Positions 20,501-39,069 of a stretch of 64,000 nucleotides of DNA are shown here, piece by piece. A program made the position numbers and the translations under genes. The stretch covers positions 1 through 64,000 of the forward strand of contig NW_027138796.1 of assembly GCF_035084215.1 (NCBI RefSeq). Direction: 5' to 3'. This DNA is from Heptranchias perlo (Eukaryota). The notes below the pieces were generated by a model that was given only the letters and a program-made list of their open reading frames with translations, did not search any database and was not told the DNA's origin. Position 1 is the stretch's first letter. Each line of letters begins with the position of its first letter.

Positions 20501-23500
20501 GTCCGATGGTTGGGGGTCTGATTAAAGTCGTCTGATGGTTCGGCGCCTGATTGATGGGGTCTGATGATTGGTGTGTGATTGATGGTGTCTGATGGTGGGG
20601 TTGTGATTGATGTGGTCTGAAGGTTGGGTGTCCGATTGATGGGGTCCGATGGTTGAGGGTCTGATTGATGGGGTCTGATGGTTGGTGTGTGATTGATGGG
20701 GTCTGATGGTTGGGGTGTGATTGATGGGGTCTGAAAGATTGGGGCCTGATCAATGGGGGTCTGATTGATAGGGATCGGATTGATGGGGTCCGATAGTTGG
20801 GGGTCTGATTGATGGGGGTCTGATTGATGGGGGTCTGATGGTTGGGGTGTGATTGATGGGGTCTGATGGATGAGGTTTCGATTGATGGGGGTTTGATGCT
20901 TCGTAGTCTGATTGATGGGGTCTGATGTTTGGGGTGTGATTGATGAGGTCAGATGGTTGGGGGTCTGATTGATGGGGGTCTGAAAGATGGAGTAAGACAA
21001 ATGTGGATCAGATAGATGGGGGTCTCCTTGATGTGGATCTAATAGATGGGGGTCTGAAAGACAGTGGTGGGGGGGGTCTGATGGATGCGGTCTCATGAAT
21101 GCAGGTTTGATGGATGTGGGTCTGAGAGATGGTGGCTGACAGATGCGGTCTGATTGATGGGGGCTGATGGATGGGGTGTGATTGATGGGGGTCTGATGGT
21201 TGGGGTTTCAATTGATGGGGGTTTGATGGTTAGTAGTCTGATTGATGGGGTCTGATGGTTGGGGGTCCGTTTGATGGGGTCTGAAAGTTGGGGGTCTGAT
21301 TGATGGGGTCTGATGGTTGAGGGTCTGATTGATGGGGTCTGATGGTTGGCGTGTGATTGATGCAGTCTGATGGGTGGGGTTCTGATTGATGGGGATCTGA
21401 TTGGTGGGGTCTGATGGTTGGGAGTCTGATTGATGGGGTCTGATGGATGGGGGTGTGATTGATGGGGGTCTGATGGTTAGGAGTCTGATTGATGGGGCCT
21501 GATGGTTAGGAGTCTGATTGATGCGATCTGATGGTTGGGGGTGTGATTAATGGGGTCAGTTGTTTGGCGGTCTGATTGATGGGGTCTGATGGTTGGTGGC
21601 GTGATTGATGGGGTCCGATGGATGGGGTCTGATTGAAGGGGTCTGATGGCTGGGGTGTTATTGATGGGGTCTGATGGTTGGGGTCTGATTGATGGGGTCT
21701 GAAGGTTGGGTGTCCGATTGATGGGGTCTGATGGTTGGGGATCTGTTTTATCGGGGTCTGATTGATGGGGTCTGATGGTTCGGGAGTGATTGATGGTGTC
21801 TGACGGTGGGGTCTGATTGATGGGGTCTGAAGTTTGGGTGTCCGATTGATGGGGTCTGATGGTTGGGGATCTGTTTTATCGGGGTCTGATTGATGGGGTC
21901 TGATGGTTCGGGAGTGATTGATGGGGTCTGATGGTTGATGTGTGATTGATGGGGTCTGATGGTTGGTGTGTAATTGATGGGGTCTGATGGATGAGGTTTC
22001 GATTGATGGGGGTTTGATGCTTCGTAGTCTGATTGATGGGGTCTGAAAGATGGAGTAAGACAAATGTGGATCAGACAGATGGGGGTCTCCTTGATGTGGA
22101 TCTAATAGATGGGGTGATGGGGTCTGATTGATGGGGTCTGATGTTTGGCAGTCTGATTGCTGGGGTCTGATTGATGGGGTCTGATTGATGGGGCAGTGAT
22201 TGATGAGGTCTGATGGTTGGGCGCCTGATTGATGGGGTCTGATGGTTGGGGGTCTGATTGATGGGATCTGATGGTTGGGGATGTGATTGATGGGATCTGA
22301 TGGTTGGGGGTCTGATTGATGGGGTCTGCTGGTTGGGTGTCTGATTGATGGTGTCTGATGGTTGGGGTGTGATTGATGGGGTCTGATCAATGGGGGTCTG
22401 ATTGATAGGGATCGGATTGATGGGGTCCGATAGTTGGGGGTCTGATAGTTGGGGGTCTGATTGATGGGGGTCTGATGGTTGGGGTGTGATTGATGGGGTC
22501 TGATGGATGAGGTTTCGATTGATGGGGGGTTGATGCTTAGTAGTCTGATTGATGGGGTCTGATGTTTGAGGTGTGATTGATGAGGTCTGAAGGTTGGGGG
22601 TCTGATTGATGGGGTCTGAAAGATGGAGTAAGACAAATGTGGATCAGATAGATGGGGGTCTCCTAGATGTGGATCTAATAGATGGGGGTCTGAAAGACAG
22701 GGGGGGGGGGTCTGATGGATGCGGTCTCATGAATGCAGGTTTGATGGATGTGGGTCTGAGAGATGGTGGCTGACAGATGCGGTCTTATGACTGATGGGCT
22801 GATGGATTTGGATCTTATTGATGTGGTCAGTCGGATGTGAGTCTCATAGATGTGGATGTGATAGATGGGTTCTGATAGATGTGGGTCTGTTAGATGAGGA
22901 TCTGATAGATGAGGGTCTGCTATAGGGGGTCCGACAGATGGGGTCCGACAGATGAGGTCTGATAGATGAGGGTCTGATAGATGGGTTTTGATTGGTGGGG
23001 TTCTGACAGATGTGGATCTGATTGATGGAGTCTGACAGACAGGGGGCTGATAGATGGGGTCAGACAGATGTGGATGTGATAGATGTGTTCTGACAGATGT
23101 GGGCCTGTTAGTTGGGGTTCTGATAGATGAGGGTCTGATAGATAGGGGTGTGAATGATGGGGTCTGATTGCTAGGGGTCGGATTGATAGGGGTCGGATTG
23201 ATGGGGTCTGGTTGATGGGGTCTGGTTGATGGGGTCTGATTGACAGGGCCTAATTGATGGGGTCGGATTGATGGGGGTCTGATTGATGGGGTCTGATTCA
23301 TGGGGCAGTGATTGATGAGGTCTGATGGTTGGGGGCCGATTGATGGGGTCTGAAGGATGGGGGTCTGACTGAAGGGGTCTGATGGTTGGGCGCCTGATTT
23401 GATGGGGTCTGATGGTTGGGGGGTGATTGAAGGTGTCTGATAGTGGGGGTGTAATTGATGGGGTCTCAAGATTGGGGGTCTGATTCATGGGGTCTGATTG

Positions 23501-26500
23501 ATGGGGTCTGATTGATGGGGTCTGATGGTTGGCGGTTTGATTGATGGGATCTGATGGTTGGGAGTCTCATTGATGGGGTCTGATGATTGGCGGTCTGATT
23601 GATGGGGTCTGATGGTTGGGGGTCTGATGGTTGGGGGTCTGATGATTGGGGTGTGATTGATGGGATCTGATTGATGGGGTCTGAGGGTTGGGAGTCTGAT
23701 TGATGGGATCTGATGGTTGGGGGTCTGATTGATGGGGTCTGATGATTGGCGGTCTGATTGATGGGGTCTGATGGATGGGGGTCTGATGGTGGGGTCTGAT
23801 GGTGGGGCCTGATGGTGGGGTCTGATGGTTGGGGGTCTGATTGATGGGGGTCTGATTGATGGGGGTCTGATTGATGGGGGTCTGATTGATGGGGGTCTGA
23901 TGGTTGGGGTGTGATTGATGGGGTCTGATGGATGGGGTTTCAATTGAAGGGGGTTTGATGGTTAGTAGTCTGATTGATGGGGTCTGATTGTTGGGGGTCC
24001 GATTGATGGGGTCTGAAAGTTGGGGGTCTGATTGATGGGGATCTGATTGGTGGGGTCTGATTGACGGGGTCTAATTGGTGGTTTCTGATTGTTGTGGGTC
24101 TGAATGATGGGGATCTGTTTGATGGGGTGTGATTGATGGGGGTCTGATGGTTAGGAGTCTGATTGATGCGATCTGATGGTTGGGGGTGTGATTAATGGGG
24201 TCAGTTGTTTGGCGGTCTGATTGATGGGGTCTGATGGTTGGGATGTGATTGATGGGGTCCGATGGATGGGGTCTGATTGAAGGGGTCTGATGGTTGGGGA
24301 TCTGTTTGATCGGGGTCTGATTGATGAGGTCTGATGGTTGGGGGTCGATTGATGGGGTCTGGGGGTTGGGGGTCTGATTGATGAGGTATGGGGATTGGGG
24401 GTCTGATTGATGGGGTCTGGGGGTGAGGGGTCTTATTGATGTGGTCTGATGGTTGGGGTGTGATTGATGGCGTCTGATGGATGAGGGTCTGATTGATGGG
24501 GGTCTGATTGATTGGAGTCTGATTGATGGGGGTCTGATTGATGGGGGTCTGATTGATGGGGGTCTGATTGATGGGGTCTGATTGATGGGGTCTGATAGAT
24601 GGGGGTCTGATTGATGGTAATCTGATTGATAGGGTCTGATTGATGGGGGTCTGATTGATGTGGGTCTGATTGATGTGGGTCTGATTGATCGGGGTCTGAT
24701 TGATGGGGTCTGATTGGTGGGGATGTGACTGACGGGGTCTGATTGATGGGGGTCTGATTGATGGGGGTCTGATTGATGGGGATCTGTTTGATGGGGTCTG
24801 ATTGATGGGGATCTGATTGTTGTGGGTCTGATTGATGGGGATCTGTTTGATGGGGTGTGATTGAAGGGGTCTGATTGGTGGTTTCTGATTGATGGGGGTC
24901 TGATTGATGGGGCAGTGATTGATGAGGTCTGATGGTTGGGCGCCTGATTGATGAGGTCTGATGGTTGGGCGCCTGATTGATGGGGTCTGATGGTTGGAGG
25001 TCTGATTGATGGGGTCTGATGGTTGGGGGTCTGATTGATGGGTTCTGATGGTTGGAGGTCTGATTGATGGGATCTGATGGTGGGGATGTGATTGATGGGG
25101 TCTGATGGTTGGGGGTGATTGATGGGGTCTGCTGGTTGGGTGTCTGATTGATGGTGTCTGATGGTTGGGGTGTGATTGATGGGGTCTGAAAGATTGGGGT
25201 CTGATCAATGGGGGTCTGATTGATAGGGATCGGATTGATGGGGTCCGATAGTTGGGGGTCTGATAGTTGGGGGTCTGATTGATGGGGGTCTGATGGTTGG
25301 GGTGTGATTGATGGGGTCTGATGGATGAGGTTTCGATTGATGGGGGTTTGATGCTTAGTAGTCTGATTGATGAGGTCTGATGTTTGGGGTGTGATTGATG
25401 AGGTCTGAAGGTTGTGGGGTCTGATTGATGGGGTCTGAAAGATGGAGTAAGACAAATGTGGATCAGATAGATGGGGGTCTCCTAGATGTGGATCTAATAG
25501 ATGGGGGTCTGAAAGACAGGGGGGGGGGGTCTGATGGATGCGGTCTCATGAATGCAGGTTTGATGGATGTGGGTCTGAGAGATGGTGGCTGACAGATGCG
25601 GTCTTATGACTGATGGGCTGATGGATTTGGATCTTATTGATGTGGTCAGTCGGATGTGAGTCTCATAGATGTGGATGTGATAGATGGGTTCTGATAGATG
25701 TGGGTCTGTTAGATGAGGATCTGATAGATGAGGGTCTGCTATAGGGGGTCCGACAGATGGAGTCCGACAGATGAGGTCTGATAGATGAGGGTCTGATAGA
25801 TGGGTTTTGATTGGTGGGGTTCTGACAGATGTGGATCTGATTGATGGAGTCTGACAGACGGGGGGCTGATAGATGGGGTCAGACAGATGTGGATGTGATA
25901 GATGTGTTCTGACAGATGTGGGCCTGTTAGTTGGGGTTCTGATAGATGAGGGTCTGATTGATGTGGGTCTGATTGCTAGGGGTCTGATTGCTAGGGGTCG
26001 GATTGAAAGGGGTCGGATTGATGGGGTCTGGTTGATGGGGTCTGATTGACAGGGCCTAATTGATGGGGTCGAATTGATGGGGGTCTGATTGATGGGGTCT
26101 GATTCATGGGGCAGCGATTGATGAGGTCTGATGGTTGGGCGCCTGATTTGATGGGGTCTGATGGTTGGGGGGTGATTGAAGGTGTCTGATAGTGGGGGTG
26201 TAATTGATGGGGTCTCAAGATTGGGGGTCTGATTCATGGGGTCTGATTCATGGGGTCTGATTGATGGGGTCTGATTGATGGGGTCTGATGGTTGGCGGTT
26301 TGATTGATGGGATCTGATGGTTGGGAGTCTCATTGATGGGGTCTGATGATTGGCGGTCTGATTGATGGGGTCTGATGGTTGGGGGTCTGATGGTTGGGGG
26401 TCTGATGATTGGGGTGTGATTGATGGGATCTGATTGATGGGGTCTGAGGGTTGGGAGTCTGATTGATGGGATCTGATGGTTGGGGGTCTGATTGATGGGG

Positions 26501-29500
26501 TCTGATGATTGGCGGTCTGATTGATGGGGTCTGATGGATGGGGGTCTGATGGTGGGGTCTGATGGTGGGGTCTGATGGTTGGGGGTCTGATGGTTGGGGG
26601 TCTGATGGTTGGGGGTCTGATTGATGGGGGTCTGATGGTTGGGGTGTGATTGATGGGGTCTGATGGATGGGGTTTCAATTGAAGGGGGTTTGATGGTTAG
26701 CAGTCTGATTGATGGGGGTCCGATTGATGGGGTCTGAAAGTTGGGGGTCTGATTGATGGGGATCTGATTGGTGGGGTCTGATTGACGGGGTCTAATTGGT
26801 GGTTTCTGATTGTTGTGGGTCTGAATGATGGGGATCTGTTTGATGGGGTGTGATTGATGGGGGTCTGATGGTTAGGAGTCTGATTGATGCGATCTGATGG
26901 TTGGGGGTGTGATTAATGGGGTCAGTTGTTTGGCGGTCTGATTGATGGGGTCTGATGGTTGGGATGTGATTGATGGGGTCCGATGGATGGGGTTAGATTG
27001 ATGGGGTCTGAGGTTGTGTGTCTGATTGATGGGGTCTGCGGGTTGGGGGTCTGATTGATGGGGGTCTGATTGAAGGGGTCTGATTGTTGGGGGTCTGATT
27101 GATGGGGTCAGATTGTTGGGGTCTGATTGATGGGGGTCTGATTGATGGGGTCTGATTGATGGGGGTCTGATTGATGGGGGTCTGATTGATGGGGTCTGAT
27201 TGATGGTATCTGATTGATGGGGTCAGATTGATGGGGTCAGATTGATGGGGGTCTGATTGATGGGGTCTGATTGATGGGGTCTGATTGATGGGGTCTGATT
27301 GATGGTATCTGATTGATGGGGTCTGATTGGTGGGGGTCTGATTGATTGTGTCTGATTGATGTTGACTGATTGATGGGGATCTGATTGATGGGGTCTGTTT
27401 GATGGCGATCTGATTGACTGGGTCTGATTGATGGTGTCTGTGGTTGGGGTCTGATTGATTGTATCTGATTGACGGGGTCTGATTGATGGGATCTGATTGA
27501 CGGGGTCTGATTGATGGGGGTCTGATTGATGGGGGTCTGATTGATGGCGGTCTGATTGATGGCGGTCTGATTGATGGGGTCTGATTGATGGGGTCTGATT
27601 GATGGGGATATGACTGACAGGGTCTGATTGATGCGGATCTGATTCATGTGGGTCTGATTGATGGGGGTCTGATTGATGGGAGTCTGATTGATGGGAGTCT
27701 GATTGATGTGGGTCTGATTGATGGGTGTTTGATTGACGGGGTCTGATTGATGGGAGTTTGATTGATGGGGGTCTGATTGACGGGGTCTGATTGACTGGGT
27801 CTGATTGATGGGGGTCTGATTGATGGGGGTCTGATTGATGGGGGTCTGATTGACGGGGTCTGATTGATTGGGGTCTGATTGATGGGGGTCTGATTGACGG
27901 GGTCTGATTGACGGGGTCTGATTGATGGGGGTCTGATTGATGGGGGTCTGATTGACGGGGTCTGATTGATGGGGGTTTGATTGATGGGGGTCTGATTGAT
28001 GGGTGTCTGATTGATGGGTGTCTGATTGATGGGGGTCTGATTGATGGGGGTCTGATTGATGGGGGTCTGATTGATGGGGGTCTGATTGATGGGGGTCTGA
28101 TTGATGGGGGTCTGATTGATGGGGGTCTGATTGACGGTGGTCTGATTGACGGGGGTCTGATTGACGGGGGTCTGATTGACGGGGGTCTGATTGATGGGGG
28201 TCTGATTGATGGGGGTCTGATTGACGGGGTCTGATTGATGGGGGTCTGATTGATGGGGGTCTGATTGATGGGGGTCTGATTGATGGGGGTCTGATTGATG
28301 GGGGTCTGATTGACGGGGTCTGAATGACGGGGTCTGAATGATGGGGGTCTGATTGATGGGGTCTGATTGATGGGGGTCTGATTGATGGGGTCTGATTGAT
28401 GGGGTCTGATTGATGGGGATCTGATTGATGGGGTCTGATTGATGGGGTCTGATTGATGGGGTCTGATTGATGGGGTCTGATTGATTGGGATCTGTTTGAT
28501 GGGGATCTGTTTGATGGGGATCTGTTTGATGGGGATCTGTTTGATGGGGATCTGTTTGATGCGGTGTGATTGATGGGGTCTGATTGATGGTTTCTGATTG
28601 TTGGGGGTCTGATTGATGGGGGTCTGATTAATGGGGATCTGATTGATGGGGTCTGATTGATGGGGTCTGATTGATGGGGTCTGATTGATGGGGTCTGATT
28701 GTTGGGGGTCTGATTGATGGGGTCTGATTGTTGGGGGTCTGATTGATGGGGTCAGATTGTTGGGGTCTGATTGATGGGGGTCTGATTGATGGGGTCTGAT
28801 TGATGGTATCTGATTGATGGGGTCAGATTGATGGGGTCTGATTGATGGGGGTCTGATTGATGGGGGTCTGATTGATGGGGTCTGATTGATGGTATCTGAT
28901 TGATGGTATCTGATTGGTGGGGGTCTGATTGATTGTGTCTGATTGATGTTGACTGATTGATGGGGATCTGATTGATGGGGTCTGATTGATGGTGTCTGTG
29001 GTTGGGGTCTGATTGATTGTATCTGATTGACGGGGTCTGATTGATGGGATCTGATTGACGGGGTCTGATTGACGGGGTCTGATTGATGGGGGTCTGATTG
29101 ATGGGGTCTGATTGATGGGGTCTGATTGATGGGGATATGACTGACAGGGTCTGATTGATGCGGATCTGATTCATGTGGGTCTGATTGATGGGGGTCTGAT
29201 TGATGGGGGTCTGATTGATGGGAGTCTGATTGATGGGAGTCTGATTGATGTGGGTCTGATTGATGGGTGTTTGATTGACGGGGTCTGATTGATGGGGGTC
29301 TGATTGATGGGAGTCTGATTGATGGGGGTCTGATTGACGGGGTCTGATTGACGGGGTCTGATTGATGGGGGTCTGATTGATGGGGGTCTGATTGATGGGG
29401 GTCTGATTGATGGGAGTCTGATTGATGGGGGTCTGATTGATTGGGGTCTGATTGACGGGGGTCTGATTGATGGGGGTCTGATTGATGGGGGTCTGATTGA

Positions 29501-32500
29501 TGGGGGTCTGATTGATGGGGGTCTGATTGATGGGGGTCTGATTGACGGGGTCTGATTGATGGGGGTCTGATTGACGGGGTCTGATTGACGGGGTCTGATT
29601 GACGGGGTCTGATTGATGGGGGTCTGATTGATGGGGGTCTGATTGACGGGGTCTGAATGATGGGGGTCTGATTGACGGGGTCTGATTGATGGGGGTCTGA
29701 TTGATGGGGGTCTGATTGACGGGGTCTGATTGATGGGGGTCTGATTGATGGGGTCTGATTGACGGGGTCTGATTGATGGGGGTCTGATTGATGGGGGTCT
29801 GATTGACGGGGTCTGAATGATGGGGTCTGAATGATGGGGGTCTGATTGATGGGGGTCTGATTGATGGGGGTCTGATTGATGGGGGTCTGATTGATGGGGG
29901 TCTGATTGACGGGGTCTGATTGATGGGGGTCTGATTGATGGGGGTCTGATTGATGGGGGTCTGATTGATGGGGGTCTGATTGATGGGGGTCTGATTGATG
30001 GGGGTCTGATTGATGGGGGTCTGATTGATGGGGGTCTGATTGATGGGGGTCTGATTGATGGGGGTCTGATTGATGGGGGTCTGATTGATGGGGGTCTGAT
30101 TGATGGGGGTCTGATTGATGGGGGTCTGATTGATGGGGGTCTGATTGATGGGGGTCTGATTGATGGGGGTCTGATTGATGGGGGTCTGATTGACGGGGTC
30201 TGATTGATGGGGGTCTGATTGATGGGGGTCTGATTGACGGGGTCTGATTGATGGGGGTCTGATTGACGGGGTCTGATTGATGGGGGTTTGATTGATGGGG
30301 GTCTGATTGATGGGGGTCTGATTGACGGGGGTCTGATTGACGGGGGTCTGATTGATGGGGGTCTGATTGACGGGGGTCTGATTGACGGGGGTCTGATTGA
30401 CGGGGGTCTGATTGATGGTGGTCTGATTGACGGGGATCTGATTGATGGGGGTCTGATTGATTGGGGTCTGATTGAGGGGATCTGATTGATGGGTATCTGA
30501 TTGATGGGGGTCTGATTGATGGGGTCTGATTGACGGGGTCTGATTGATGTGGGTCTGATTGATGGGGGTCTGATTGACGGGGTCTGATTGACGGGGTCTG
30601 ATTGACGGGGGTCTGATTGATGGGGGTCTGATTGATGGGGATCTGATTGATGGCGTCTGATTGATGGGGTCTGATTGATGGAGGTCTGATTGATGGGGGT
30701 CTGATTGATGGGGGTCTGATTAATGGGATCTGATTGATGGGGGTCTGATTGATGGGGTGTGATTGATGGAGCCTAATTGATGGGGTCAGATAGATGGGTG
30801 TCTCATTGATTGGGGTCTGATTATTGGGTGTCTGATTGATGGGGCCTAATTAATGGGGTCTGATGATGGGGATTGATAGACAGGGTTCCCATTGATTGGG
30901 GTCTGATAGATTGGGGTCTGATTGATGGGATCTGATTGATGGGGGACTGATTGATTGGGGTCTGATTGATGGGTATCTGATTGACGGGGTCTGATTGATG
31001 GGTGTCTGATTGATGGGGTCTGATTGACGGGGGTCTGATTGATGGGGGTCTGAATGATGGGGGTCTGAATGATGGGGGTCTGATTGACGGGGTCTGATTG
31101 ATTGGGGTCTGATTGATGGGGGTCTGATTGACGGGGTCTGATTGACGGGGGTCTGAATGATGGGGGTCTGATTGACGGGGTCTGATTGATGGGGGTCTGA
31201 TTGATGGGGTCTGATTGACGGGGTCTGATTGATGTGGGTCCGATTGATGGGGGTCTGATTGACGGGGTCTGATTGACGGGGGTCTGATTGACGGGGTCTG
31301 ATTGATGGGTGTTTGATTGATGGGGGTCTGATTGACGGGGGTCTGATTGACGGGGGTCTGATTGACGGGGGTCTGATTGACGGGGTCTAAATGATGGGGG
31401 TTTGATTGATGTGGGTCTGATTGATGGGGGTCTGATTGATGGGGGTCTGATTGATGGGGGTCTGATTGACGGGGGTCTGATTGACGGGGTCTGATTGATG
31501 GGGGTCTGATTGATGGGGGTCTGATTGACGGGGTCTGATTGATGGGGGTCTGATTGATGGGGGTTTGATTGATGGGGGTTTGATTGATGGGGGTCTGATT
31601 GACGGGGTCTGATTGATGGGGGTCTGATTGATGGGGTCTGATTGATGGGGGTCTGATTGATGGGGGTCTGATTGATGGGGGTCTGATTGATGGGGGTCTG
31701 ATTGATGGGGGTCTGATTGATGGGGGTCTGATTGATGGGGGTCTGATTGATGGGGGTCTGATTGATGGGGGTCTGATTGACGGGGTCTGATTGATGGGGG
31801 TTTGATTGATGGGGGTCTGATTGACGGGGTCTGATTGATGGGGGTCTGATTGACGGGGTCTGATTGATGGGGGTCTGATTGATGGGGGTCTGATTGATGG
31901 GGGTCTGATTGATGGGGGTCTGATTGATGGGGGTCTGATTGACGGGGTCTGATTGATGGGGGTCTGATTGATGGGGGTCTGATTGATGGGGGTCTGATTG
32001 ACGGGGTCTGATTGACGGGGTCTGATTGACGGGGTCTGATTGATGGGGGTCTGATTGATGGGGGTTTGATTGATGGGGGTTTGATTGATGGGGGTCTGAT
32101 TGATGGGGGTTTGATTGATGGGGGTCTGATTGATAGGGGTCTGATTGATGGGGGTCTGATTGATGGGGGTCTGATTGATGGGGGTCTGATTGACGGGGTC
32201 TGATTGATGGGGGTCTGATTGACGGGGTCTGATTGATGGGGGTTTGATTGATGGGGGTTTGATTGATGGGGGTCTGATTGATGGGGGTCTGATTGACGGG
32301 GTCTGATTGACGGGGTCTGATTGACGGGGTCTGATTGACGGGGGTTTGATTGACGGGGGTCTGATTGATGGGGGTCTGATTGATGGGGGTCTGATTGATG
32401 GGGGTCTGATTGATGGGGGTCTGATTGACGGGGTCTGATTGATGGGGGTCTGATTGACGGGGTCTGATTGATGGGGGTCTGATTGATGGGGGTCTGATTG

Positions 32501-33188
32501 ATGGGGGTCTGATTGATGGGGGTCTGATTGACGGGGTCTGATTGATGGGGGTTTGATTGATGGGGGTCTGATTGATGGGGGTCTGATTGACGGGGTCTGA
32601 TTGATGGGGGTCTGATTGATGGGGGTCTGATTGACGGGGTCTGATTGACGGGGTCTGATTGACGGTGTCTGATTGATGGGGGTCTGATTGATGGGGGTCT
32701 GATTGATGGGGGTCTGATTGATGGGGGTTTGATTGATGGGGGTCTGATTGATGGGGGTCTGATTGATGGGGGTCTGATTGACGGGGTCTGATTGATGGGG
32801 GTTTGATTGATGGGGGTCTGATTGATGGGGGTATGATTGACGGGGTCTGATTGATGGGGTTTGATTGATGGGGGTCTGATTGATGGGGTTCTGATTGACG
32901 GGGTCTGATTGACGGGGTCTGATTGACGGGGTCTGATTGATGGGGTTTGATTGATGGGGGTCTGATTGATGGGGGTCTGATTGATGGGGGTCTGATTGAT
33001 GGGGGTCTGATTGATGGGGGTCTGATTGATGGGGGTTTGATTGATGGGGGTCTGATTGATGGGGGTCTGATTGATGGGGGTCTGATTGATGGGGGTTTGA
33101 TTGATGGGGGTTTGATTGATGGGGGTCTGATTGATGGGGGTCTGATTGATGGGGGTCTGATTGATGGGGGTCTGATTGATGGGGGTCT
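17510..33188. repeat. ~15.7 kb GGGGTCTGATTGAT-family satellite between copies B and C, with variant subdomains (GATAGAT type ~18480-19900; GATGGTT type ~17600-18480 and 19950-27000)
   Basis: Tandem periodicity, becoming more homogeneous toward the copy C promoter. Confidence 0.95.
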
Positions 33189-33431
33189 TTAGACAAAGGC
33201 TCTCCCTTGTTGCCTGGGGCTCCTCCCATAACCAATTGTTGCGAACACTTGGTCCCGCCTTTTGCATCAAGCAACCAATCGGCGCTTGTTTATTATTGTT
33301 TCTCCAAGCAACCACAGACTTTTGTTCTCACAAACCAATCAGAGCCCGGCCTGGCTCAATGGGCGGGGTATAAATAGCGGGAGCGGGAACACGCGGCACA
33401 TTCTCAAGAGCTGCGAGAATAGGAGGAGATT
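33189..33431 (+). promoter_or_regulatory. promoter/5'UTR of tubulin copy C (TATAAATA 33369-33376)
   Basis: Appears identical to the copy B promoter. Confidence 0.82.
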
Positions 33432-37374
<3,943 letters not shown>

Positions 37375-37491
37375 GATTTATTCATTTAGAAAGTAAAAAG
37401 AGTTTAACTAAATTTCACATTTATGTTACAAAACAACTTATTAATTTAGAAAGTAAAATTTCACATTGATGTTACTAATTATATCTACGGA

Positions 37492-37497
37492 AATAAA
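37492..37497 (+). terminator. polyadenylation signal AATAAA, copy C
   Basis: Same offset from the stop codon as in copy B. Confidence 0.7.
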
Positions 37498-37704
37498 TGT
37501 ATTTCAAAAATCCTATTGGAATTGTCTCAGTTTAAAATTGAAGACTACACGACAAATTGTAAAAGAAGGTGGTTGAAGTGAGAAGAGGATCAGTGGACCC
37601 AGAATGGGGGTTAATCAAACCTCACAGGGTGCAGATATCAGGATAGATTTTACTTTCAAGGGGAATCCTAGTGGGTCTTCGGCTGGTACCAGGGATGAGG
37701 GTCT

Positions 37705-38098
37705 TCCGACCTCTAGAGCAGAGACGCTTAAGGGGAGATTTAATTGAGGTGATCAAAATTTTGAGTGACTTTGATCGAGTAAATGAGGAGAAACTGTTTC
37801 CAGTGGCAGGAGGTTCCGTAACCAGAGGATACGGATTTAAGGTAATTGGCAAAAGAACCAGACGGGAGATCAGGAGAATGTTTTTTTACGCAGCGAGTTG
37901 TTCTGATCTGGAATGCGCTGCCTGAAAGGGCGGTGGAAGCAGATTCAATAATAACTTTCAAAATACTTGGGGGAAAATTTGCAGGGCTACGGAGAAAGAG
38001 CAGGGGAATGAGACTAATTAGATCGCTCTTTCAAAGAGCTGGCAGAGGCACGATGGGCTGAATGGCCACCTTCTGTGGTGTATTATTCTATGATTCTA
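37705..38098 (+). mobile_element. 5'-truncated CR1-type LINE 3' end
   Basis: Broken ORF2 C-terminus LEQRRLRGDLIEVIKIL..FDRV...TRGYGFK / FFTQRVV.IWNALPERAVEA, then the CR1-type terminal ATTCTATGATTCTA. Confidence 0.85.
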
Positions 38099-38139
38099 GA
38101 CCTCCCAAAGGTCTTCTGCTACTCCTGTCCCCTCAGCTA

Positions 38140-38993
38140 ATGAAGCAGTCGGAGCCCGCATGCAGCAAGACCTGGAGAACATCTAGGCTTGGGCTGATAA
38201 GTGGCAAGTAATATTCTCACCAGACAAGTGCCAGGCAATGACCATCTCCAACAAGAGAGAGTCTAACCACCTCCCCTTGACATTCAATGGCATTACCATC
38301 GCTGAATCGCCCACCATCAACATCCTGGGGGTCACCATTGACCAGAAACTTAACTGGACCAGTCACATAAATACTGTGGCTACAAGAGCAGGTCAGAGGC
38401 TGGGTATTCTGCGGCGAGTGACTCACCTCCTGACTCCCCAATGCCTTTCCACCATCTACAAGGCACAAGTCAGGAGTGCGATGGAATACTGTCCACTTGC
38501 CTGGATGAGTGCAGCTCCAACAACACTCAAGAAGCTCGACACCATCCAGGACAAAGCAGCCCGCTTGATTGGCACCCCATCCACCACCCTAAACATTCAC
38601 TCCCTTCACCGGCGCACCGTGGCTGCAGTGTGTACCATCCACAGGATGCACTGCAGCAACTCGCCAAGGCTTCTTCGACAGCACCTCCCAAACCCACGAC
38701 CTCTACCACCTAGAAGGACAAGGGCAGCAGGCTCATGGGAACACCACCACCTGCACGTTCCCCTCCAAGTCACACACCATCCCGACTTGGAAATATATCG
38801 CCGTTCCTTCATCGTCGCTGGGTCAAAATCCTGGAACTCCCTTCCTAATGGCACTGTGGGAGAACCTTCACCACACGGACTGCAGCGGTTCAAGAAGGCG
38901 GCTCACCACCACCTTCTCAAGGGCAATTAGGGATGGGCAATAAATGCCGGCCTCGCCAGCGACACCCACATCCCATGAATGAATTAAAAAAAA
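38140..38993 (+). mobile_element. non-LTR retrotransposon 3' fragment (CR1/L2-group; tail shared with the HE1-like SINEs, so possibly HER1-like)
   Basis: ORF 38238-38930 has the post-RT motifs ILGVTIDQKLNWTSHI..LSTIYKAQVRSAMEYCPLAW..LDTIQDKAARLI. Ends ATGAATGAATTAAAAAAAA. Confidence 0.82.
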
Positions 38994-39069
38994 GTGAGCT
39001 TCAGGTCTTCAACATCGGGGCCTTAAGATTGTCTTGCAGTCCTTAGGGGAGGGGCAGGACAGTAATTCT

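Noticed and set aside
30821-33315. QSDPH/IRPPS/NQTPI repeat ORFs starting antisense in the promoter (also 4066-4974, 8271-10049 and many in the satellites)
   Set aside because: The satellite's C-rich strand lacks stops in all frames, and the starts are mostly GTG/TTG. No evidence of coding constraint.
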